Shown: positions 53,902 through 61,800 of the stretch, piece by piece
Position numbering within the stretch: the first letter of the stretch is position 1
Layout of the letters: the number at the start of each line of letters is the position of its first letter
Source: Oligoflexus sp.
Lineage (GTDB): Bacteria > Bdellovibrionota_B > Oligoflexia > Oligoflexales > Oligoflexaceae
NCBI RefSeq assembly: GCF_035712445.1
Contig: NZ_DASTAT010000115.1
Span: forward strand, 25,583 to 89,582
DNA: 64,000 nucleotides
Direction of reading: 5' to 3'
Program-made: the position numbers and the translations under genes
The notes under the pieces: generated by a model
Told to the model about the DNA's origin: nothing
The model's database searches: none
What the model saw: only the letters and a program-made list of their open reading frames with translations

Positions 53902-55053
53902 ATGAGCATTCGCCCCTCTGATTTCACCAAAGTCGTACATGCCGGTGTCGAACCTGATCCGCGCACGGGCGCGATCATGACGCCGATTTTCCAAACCTCG
54001 ACCTATGTGCAGGAAGCACCGAACCAGCATAAAGGCTGGGATTATTCGAGAGCCGGCAACCCGACCCGTGATGCTCTGGAGGAGGCGTTTGCCGCTCTGG
54101 AAAACGCCAGGTACGGTTTGGCTTTCTCGTCCGGACTGGCGGCCGAGCAGGCCATTATCCAGATTCTGAATCCAGGCGACCACGTGCTCGTCTGTGATGA
54201 TGTTTACGGCGGAACGGGCCGACTCTTCCGTCGGCTCTTCGCCAAGTACAACCTGACTTTCGATTTCATCGACATGACCACGGTGAAGAATGTCGAGGCT
54301 GCGGTCAAGCCGAACACGCGTCTGGTTTGGATTGAAACGCCGACCAACCCGCTCCTGAAGGTCATTGATATCGAAGCCGTGACCAAGGTCGCGCACAAGG
54401 CGCAGGCGGTCGTGGTGGTGGATAACACCTTCGCCTCGCCGATCTTCCAATCGCCTTTGGAAATGGGAGCCGACATCGTCGTTCACAGCACGACCAAGTA
54501 TATCGGTGGTCACTCCGATATCATCGGCGGTGCGGTGATGTTGAATGATGATAAACTCTATGAGCAGATTAAATTCGTGCAGTTCGCCGGTGGCGCTGTC
54601 CCGGGTCCTCTGGAATGCTTCCTGCTTCTGCGCAGCGTGAAGACGCTGGCTGTGCGCATGGAAAAGCATGATGTGAATGCCCTCGCTGTCGCGCGTTTTC
54701 TTTCCGAGCATAGCCGCGTGAAGGACGTTTTCTTCCCCGGTTTGCCTTCGCATCCGCAGCACGCCTTGGCGAAAAAACAGATGCGTGGTTTCGCGGGCAT
54801 GGTGTCCTTCAACCTGAAGGGCAGCTATGATGAAGTCGTTAGCTTTCTGCAGAAGCTGAAGGTGTTCTCGCTCGCCGAGAGTCTGGGTGGAGTGGAATCC
54901 CTCGTGAACCATCCTGAGAAGATGACTCATGCTTCGGTGCCGGAAGAGATGCGGAAGCAGCTCGGCATCGGTCCGAATTTGATTCGTCTGTCCTGCGGGA
55001 TTGAAAGCGCCGATGATCTGATCAAGGATCTGGATCAGGCTCTGAAAAACTGA
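53902..55053 (+). CDS. PLP-dependent cystathionine gamma-synthase/lyase family enzyme
   Basis: YSRAGNPTR, DDVYGGT, ETPTNP, VDNTF, HSTTKYIGGHSD (PLP Lys), SLGGVESL. Confidence 0.92.
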   Translation: MSIRPSDFTKVVHAGVEPDPRTGAIMTPIFQTSTYVQEAPNQHKGWDYSRAGNPTRDALEEAFAALENARYGLAFSSGLAAEQAIIQILNPGDHVLVCDDVYGGTGRLFRRLFAKYNLTFDFIDMTTVKNVEAAVKPNTRLVWIETPTNPLLKVIDIEAVTKVAHKAQAVVVVDNTFASPIFQSPLEMGADIVVHSTTKYIGGHSDIIGGAVMLNDDKLYEQIKFVQFAGGAVPGPLECFLLLRSVKTLAVRMEKHDVNALAVARFLSEHSRVKDVFFPGLPSHPQHALAKKQMRGFAGMVSFNLKGSYDEVVSFLQKLKVFSLAESLGGVESLVNHPEKMTHASVPEEMRKQLGIGPNLIRLSCGIESADDLIKDLDQALKN

Positions 55054-55067
55054 AAAACTTCGGATAT

Positions 55068-55091
55068 CGGAAGGCTTGCTTAGGCCTTCCG
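55068..55091 (+). terminator. Hairpin downstream of the cystathionine lyase gene
   Basis: CGGAAGGC/GCCTTCCG stem followed by CTTT. Confidence 0.55.
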
Positions 55092-55258
55092 CTTTCAGCC
55101 CCAGCCCTTCCTTTTCGTACGTTTTCCCCTGGAAAAAATGCCCAAAAGATTCCGAACTGCAGCTTTTAAAGGCTCTGCGTTCTTATTCAATTGTTTGGTC
55201 TTTTCCGCTCCTTTAGCTTACAGGCAGCATCATAAAGCAGCTATCAAGGAGAACGTGC

Positions 55259-55642
55259 ATGAATGTTCAACGAGTGAGTACAGGCGGAGTCTGGGAAAAG
55301 AAAGTCGGCTACTGCCGGGCCCTGCGCACCGGAAATTTCGTCTTCGTCAGCGGCACCGCGCCAGTCAAAGACGGTCAGGTCGTGGCGCCCGGAAATGCCT
55401 ATCTGCAGGCCCGCCGCTGCTTTGAAATCGTGAAGGAATCCTTGGAAAAATTGGACTGTCCGCTTTCCGCCGTGGTGCGGACGCGCATGTTTGTGACCGA
55501 TGTCTCCCGCTGGGAGGAATACGGCCGCGCTCATCAGGAATTCTTCGGAGATTTCCCGCCCACGACAGCCATGCTGGGAATCGGCAGCCTCGTCGATCCT
55601 GAGATGATGATCGAAGTGGAAGTGGATGCGATCGTGGGTTGA
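55259..55642 (+). CDS. Second Rid/YjgF family protein
   Basis: WEKKVGYCRA, FVSGT, VVRTRMFVTD, VEVDA. Confidence 0.88.
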   Translation: MNVQRVSTGGVWEKKVGYCRALRTGNFVFVSGTAPVKDGQVVAPGNAYLQARRCFEIVKESLEKLDCPLSAVVRTRMFVTDVSRWEEYGRAHQEFFGDFPPTTAMLGIGSLVDPEMMIEVEVDAIVG

Positions 55643-55662
55643 AGGCTTGGGGTGGAAAAGGA

Positions 55663-55691
55663 AAAATCCAAAGGGCGGGCCTTTGGATTTT
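55663..55691. terminator. Bidirectional intrinsic terminator between convergent genes
   Basis: AAAATCCAAAGG-GCGGG-CCTTTGGATTTT perfect 12-bp inverted repeat. Confidence 0.75.
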
Positions 55692-55701
55692 CCTGGTTTG
55701 A

Positions 55702-57486
55702 TTATTTCACTACTGTATTCAGGTAAGCGAGCAGGTTGTCATAGACTTCAATCAGTTCCGGGGTCAGATCGGTGCGGTTCAACTTCCAGTTGCCAACGTC
55801 AGTGAGAACCTGATTGGCAATTTCTGTGTGCTTGGGTTGACCAGGCTCGTAAGTCTGGGCTCCCCCACCGGCAGACCATGATTCCGTGATGCGACCTTTG
55901 GCATCGAAGACCAGATTTCTGGCTGAAATCCTGTTCTGATAACTATATGTCACGGCCGACTGACTGGCGTCATAAGAAAGGGTCGTCATGCTCTGGAAGC
56001 CGGTGTAAAGGTTTACGGATTGCGAACCTACCGTTGCCGCGAGCTTCTGAAAGCTTTGCTCACTCTTGGGAGCGGGTGCAGCTTTCTCATCGTTAAGATA
56101 CTTGACGAGCATGCCAATGAGTTCTTTTACAGCTGGATTCTGACTGGCTAGATCCTCGGCCGTATAAGACTGCAAGCTCTCTTTGATTTTAGTAACTATC
56201 TCCGTATGCGTCTGGGAACCTTTGCTGTGAGTTACAGAGCCACCACGGGTGCTTGCGACAATGCTCCCGTCGTCCTGAAAAATATAGCTCGTTACATACC
56301 CGAAGCTCGACGAGTTGTAATAGACTTCAGGGAAATTCATGGATTTTCCGACGTAAACCGATGAAGTGCTGCCGCTGTGAATTTGCACTGATCCGGCTTC
56401 CACCTTATCACGTAGGTCACGAAGCGAGACGGCCGGTTTCGGAGCAGCTACCAGCTTTTTCTCGATCTGGGCCCAGAGTTCGCGGTTGGTTTTTACGTCC
56501 TCGGGAGACGTCTCCACAGCATTATCGTCTGTCTCTTGGCCCCCAAAGGCCAGAGCAGGATACTTCTTATGGAGTTCCAGGATGGAGGACAGTTGAAATT
56601 CAGACAGCTCGCTGGTTTTCTCCAAAGCGAGTGCTTTCAGATATTTGATTGTGCCCTGAATGTCTTGATCGTTCAGGTCGATGTTGTTTTCCCGGACCCG
56701 CAGCCAATTCAAGGCATACTGAGCCTGTTTGCTGGGTGTATCGTAGGAAACTCCGTGAGGACAGACGATGTTGAAACGTTCAGCGCCTGGGATGGATTTG
56801 CCGTCGATGGATTCATAGGAAAGATCTTTGACCTGATCCAGTGTCACGAACGGATCGCTTTTTCCGATGGAAGAACGGGAAGGGCAAAGCAGGTCTTTCT
56901 TGATGGGCAAAGTGTATTTTAGTTTTTTATAGACGCCGTAGATTTCCACGCGGATATAATTAGCCTCGCAAGTAGTGCCGTTAACAGAGACTTTCCACAT
57001 GCGACATTCACCGTCTCCCGTTTTCTTTCCGTATACAGGCATTATAGCCTCTGGGGGATATAGGAGAGGGGTCCGGACCTTGTCATAAAATCGTGATTCA
57101 GCAGTTAGGAATTGGGGGTTTGTTATTTCAGGATAGGTTGTCCTGCTTCGGTGAAAGTTCTGCTCAATTGTCGCTTGTACGGCGCTTTCAATGGTCAAGG
57201 CCTTCTCTGTACTCGCAATGACAAATTCTTCTGTTTCCTGCGATATGGTGAGCTGGAGTTCACCGTCTTCGTTTAGAACCGTTTGCTCCACCGTTTCGCA
57301 CATGTTGGGTTCATTGACGATTTTTGCAGGTAAATACTCCTGCCAGGTCCACGCCGCTGCGCAGGTCTTGCTTTCGGTTAGCATGTCGACATAAGAAGTG
57401 AGTGCAAACGCACGGCTGGTCGAGGCCAAACAGGCGGCTGAGCCAGCGGTGAGGATAAGTAGCTTTTTAAGAGCGTCCTGAAGCAT
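55702..57486 (-). CDS. Secreted hypothetical protein with a tandemly duplicated ~126-aa C-terminal domain
   Basis: Signal peptide ending in RAFA; Cys-containing N-terminal half; duplicated HTEI and YLN motifs 378 and 375 nt apart. Confidence 0.7.
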   Translation of the reverse strand: MLQDALKKLLILTAGSAACLASTSRAFALTSYVDMLTESKTCAAAWTWQEYLPAKIVNEPNMCETVEQTVLNEDGELQLTISQETEEFVIASTEKALTIESAVQATIEQNFHRSRTTYPEITNPQFLTAESRFYDKVRTPLLYPPEAIMPVYGKKTGDGECRMWKVSVNGTTCEANYIRVEIYGVYKKLKYTLPIKKDLLCPSRSSIGKSDPFVTLDQVKDLSYESIDGKSIPGAERFNIVCPHGVSYDTPSKQAQYALNWLRVRENNIDLNDQDIQGTIKYLKALALEKTSELSEFQLSSILELHKKYPALAFGGQETDDNAVETSPEDVKTNRELWAQIEKKLVAAPKPAVSLRDLRDKVEAGSVQIHSGSTSSVYVGKSMNFPEVYYNSSSFGYVTSYIFQDDGSIVASTRGGSVTHSKGSQTHTEIVTKIKESLQSYTAEDLASQNPAVKELIGMLVKYLNDEKAAPAPKSEQSFQKLAATVGSQSVNLYTGFQSMTTLSYDASQSAVTYSYQNRISARNLVFDAKGRITESWSAGGGAQTYEPGQPKHTEIANQVLTDVGNWKLNRTDLTPELIEVYDNLLAYLNTVVK

Positions 57487-57528
57487 GAATATCGTTCTCC
57501 TTGGTGTGATGCAGGGTATTCAGTTTTG

Positions 57529-58503
57529 TTACTTTCTAACGCACATAACAGAATTTGCAGTGACGTAGGTTTTGGGAAAGGTCGCGCCGTTTCCACTGGA
57601 TAGATTGACTATATACAGCTTTCCGTCGGTCGTTTCCGTGCTGGTCCAGGTACTGGGGGCATTATTCAAAAGAGTGACTTTCACTTCACTCCACATTTCA
57701 TCCTGGGCAGCTTTAAGAGCTTCATCTTTCGTCGGCAGTCGCCAGTCACTGAATCCGCTGTAATCGAGCTTATCGCAGTAGGCAGCAGCGGCTGACCAAT
57801 TCCGCAGGCCTTGATCCATTCGCTTAGCCCAAAGGAGAGAGGTGCTAATTTGCCTATAAACGCAGTCTTCGAGCCCATCGCATAACCCATTTCCATTCAC
57901 ATCGGCTGAGTCGTTCAGCTCCCAGTTTGCCTTTTCCGTCGAGCCGGAGTAGCAGTTGAGGTCGTCACTGTCTTCAGCGGAAAATACCTTGGTGTCGGTC
58001 AGGAGGTAGCTGGGGATCAGGTAAGACTGGTTCAGTGCAAAGCCCATGGCTTCGATAAGTCCAGTGCAGCCAATGTTGAAAAGTCGAGTTGCTGATAGTT
58101 TGGGTTCGGCCAGGAAATATTTCTCTTCACCTTGAAGGTCCATTCTATAGAGGAACTTGCCTTCCGGCTGACAGGTCAGGCGCGGCTGTTCGTCCACATT
58201 CCAATCATCGTATTCCTGGCTATCGATGTTGAAAGTCCGACTGGTGGAGAGTAAAGCGAGCGAAATTCCAAGGCTTTCGATCAGCCGCCTCGTGCCCCCT
58301 TCATCGGCCCCGCAGTCGATCCTGTAACCTTTGCCTTTGGAAACATAGACATAGAATTCAGCGGGTCCGTCTTTGACTTTATGAACCTTCACGGTCGGGT
58401 CATTCGGACTGGCTTTTTGCTGGAGGGTACTGGGCTTCTGCTCTACACCGCAGGCCGTGATGAGGGTCAGAAAAAGGAGGCTTAGCCTGGCAAGGAGATT
58501 CAT
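57529..58503 (-). CDS. Lipoprotein with C-terminal DUF1566 (Lcl-C-like) domain
   Basis: LITACG lipobox from ATG 58503; SLLWAK..NWSAAAAYCDKL.YSGFSDWRLPT.DE..VMCVR. Confidence 0.8.
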   Translation of the reverse strand: MNLLARLSLLFLTLITACGVEQKPSTLQQKASPNDPTVKVHKVKDGPAEFYVYVSKGKGYRIDCGADEGGTRRLIESLGISLALLSTSRTFNIDSQEYDDWNVDEQPRLTCQPEGKFLYRMDLQGEEKYFLAEPKLSATRLFNIGCTGLIEAMGFALNQSYLIPSYLLTDTKVFSAEDSDDLNCYSGSTEKANWELNDSADVNGNGLCDGLEDCVYRQISTSLLWAKRMDQGLRNWSAAAAYCDKLDYSGFSDWRLPTKDEALKAAQDEMWSEVKVTLLNNAPSTWTSTETTDGKLYIVNLSSGNGATFPKTYVTANSVMCVRK

Positions 58504-58831
58504 GACTTCACTCTTCAAATGATTATGGAAATTAAGAGACCTATGTCATTTAGGCTCTAAAATAGGGAGCATCATGGCTCGCGCTGATAGGATGAAGCGG
58601 AACTTTGCGGAATATTGCATCCCTTGGCCATGGCCGCTTGCAATATGCCTCGCAGCCCTGTGTCGGACACCATTATCTGATTGAATGAACCTTTGCAAGG
58701 ATCAGTCACATTGGTGTCACTCAAAAATTCCGTCACCCCCTGCATGAATATGAGAACCGCCACGTCTTGCCCTTGCAATTGGTGTAATTGTTTGCGAGTA
58801 CCTTGTGCACCTTGTACCTCAGAGGATACCC

Positions 58832-61800
58832 ATGTATCGCTTCTCCTTGATCCTTATTTCTCTTTTGTTTTCGGCTTTAACCGCTGTTGCTCAGGACAAG
58901 TCGGGCTCCCGCTCCGGACTCGTGAAGTTGCCGGAAGCCGGTGGGACGGTTGGAGCTGAGGGCGGGTCTTTTACTGTCAGCAGTAATAAAGGAGCAAGCC
59001 AATATAAGCTGCCGTTGCCCGAACTCCCCGTCCGATCCGGCTTTGGACCCTCGGTTGAGTTGACTTATAGCCAGTTTACTGGAGACAAAGGTCATGGTCT
59101 GGGGATTGGCTGGTCTTTATCCGTACCCTCGATCGACGTTTCATTGGAACTCGGGATTCCTCTTGCCGGTGAATTGGAAAGCGGTGAGTTTCGGAATTAT
59201 CTCACGATGCAAGGACAGAAGCTGATCTTCATTCGCCGCGACGTCGGCGGTCTGGTCTATCGTCTGGAAGCGTCAGAAGAAGAAGTGCAGGTCACCTTCC
59301 ATAAAAACGCCTATGCGGTATCGCATGCCTCAAGTGAAGCATCCATTCCTTCAGGTTTTGAAGTCCTCTATCCGGATGGCCGCCGGCAACTTTTCAGCGG
59401 TGATCCCTCTGTTGCCGAAAGCAGCGACAAGGTCGTGACCCGTTATCCTTTGGTCGCGGAAGTGGCTCCCTGGGGTGAAACGGTCCATTATACCTACGTG
59501 CAGGACAGTGGCCGCAGCTACCTTCAGGAAATTGTCTTTGCCGGTGGCGCTTCGCGCTATCGCTTCGAACTTTTTGAAGGTTCGGGACACTTGACTTCAT
59601 TTATGATGGGGTATCCCCAGCAGAGCCGTAAACTCTATAGCAAGCTCGTGGCCAGCTATGGCGATGCGATCCAGGCCCAATGGTGTTTTGCCTACGTTGG
59701 ACGCAACAGTACCGACCGTGTGGATTTTGCGGTCAAAGCTCATCAGGACTGCGCGGCTCAGGCGGCCAAGGACCTTTTCCCCAAGATCAACAACGACTCT
59801 CTTTCCGTATTGGATGAACTGCGTGCCATCTATCGTTTTGGCAATGATGCCCGCCTCAAGAACGAAACCGACCGTTTGCCTTCGATGTATTTCCAATATT
59901 CCTCGTGGACCGAGGATAGCCTCGCGAATCGCGATCTTGTTTATCCCATTCCCCAGCTCGTCAGTGAGTCAGGTTTTTCCGTTGAAAATTATGAGCTCGC
60001 CGACGCCAATCATGATGGCCTGGTAGATGCTCTTCGGCGTAACAGCAACGGCACCAGCGATGTCTTCTTTGCAACAGGTGACCTGAAACAACCGTTTTCG
60101 AATTCGACCTTCTGGACCTTGAAACGCGGTGCCACCCAGGTTTCCCCCGATCTTTCTTCGCCCGCCTTTCATTTCGCTGACCTGAACGGTGATTCTTTTG
60201 TGGATCTCCTTCAGCTGAATGTAAACGGTGATCAAAGCGCCATTTATCTTGGCAATGCCGATGGTAATTTCCAATGGACGGGTCTGCTCCAGAAGCTGAC
60301 GCAGGATAATTCGTTGGGTCCGAATTCTTTTGAACGCGGGCGCGCTCAGTTTCAGGATATTAATGCCGATGGCCTGACCGATATACTTACGACCGCTTTT
60401 GATGCCACGGGTGCCACGGTTTGGAAAGTTTATCTGAACACGTCGATCAAAAACGGCGATCGTTGGAATTTCCGCTTCCTGCCGAAGACCTTCCGCTTCC
60501 CATTCGGCCGCAGTACCATGAACCTCACGGATCCAAATTTCCGTCTGATCGATGCCAACGGCGATCAGTTGCCCGACGTGGTCTATCTGAACGCTTCCCC
60601 GGAAGCGGACAAGAGTGGTCTTTGTCTTTACATCAATAACGGCCGACTTTATGACAACGGTCCCAATGATCTGCTCTTCGGCTCGGATGCCGAGGCGGAT
60701 CCCCGTTGCGGTGCAGGTGGACGTTTCCTGAGTCTGAAGGGGCTGCGTGGGCAGCCGAACCTCTTTGGGCTCTGGCTGATCGATGTGAATGGTGATGGCA
60801 TCATGGATGTCACCACTCTTGGTGAAGAGAACAGTGATCTTTTTGTCTGGCTGGGCTTTGGTGATCAGTCCCTGTCTGATTCTCCATTGAAATTGCGTCT
60901 CAATCTTCCCTTGACCGTTTCAGGCGGTGTGGATGCATCCCGCAGCCGTGTCGCTGATATCGATGGCGACGGACAGATGGAAATCCTGCTCTTTGATGCC
61001 GGCGCTGATGCCAAATCCAAAGCTGTGATGATTGACTTCAACCGTCAGACTGATCGTCAGTTGATCAAGTCCAACCTTCTGACGACTGTGGCGTTCGAGT
61101 CCGGTCTTCGTTATGACATTCGCTATGCAACATCCACCACGGAAAGGCTTCGTGATCAGCGTCTCGGCCGCCCGGTTTCGCCTTTGCATTTCCCTGTGGT
61201 ATTGGCCAAGCAGGTTGTCATCTCGCAGGGTGTGCCTTCGTTGGCTCGCGAGTCGGTCGAGGTTCAGGAATATTTCTATCATCGCCCCTTCTATGATGCT
61301 GATGACAAGGACTTTCTAGGCTTCAGTGAGGTCGAGGTTCTTCGTTACGGGGATAACTATGCTGCAGAATCCTCGCTGACCCGTGAAGCTTATTATACTT
61401 TTGCCGTGGATCGTGCGGCCCGTAAACTTGCCGGCAAGCTCAAGTCGAAGGAAGTTCTGCGCGTTGCGGACGACGCCAAATACCGTGAAAAGGCCGCGCT
61501 GAGCAACAAGTTCGATCCGAATGATCCTGTGACTCATTCCTTTCTGGAGGAATCCCAGCGTCAGAGCCTTCCGGCTGTGAAACAGCTTGTCAGTCGTGAA
61601 AGTTTTGTTTGGGAAGTCGTTCCCAAGAGCGGTGACTGGATGTTCCTGCGACTGACTGAGGAAACATTTCAGAGAAACGGTGATGAAGAAGGCGAGGCAA
61701 CCGCCTCACCTTATCTTAAAAAGAAGGTCTACGAGGATTTCGATGCCTATAACATGCCACATATGGCAAGGGAAACAGTCAGTGCACTGAACGGCCCCTT

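Noticed and set aside
57529-57700. DUF1566 C-terminus as a diversity-generating retroelement variable region
   Set aside because: No template repeat and no reverse transcriptase are visible in the window; they could lie elsewhere, but nothing here supports it.
58625-58641. TGGC...TTGC as a sigma54 promoter for the Rhs gene
   Set aside because: The GG-to-GC spacing does not fit the -24/-12 consensus for either TGGC.
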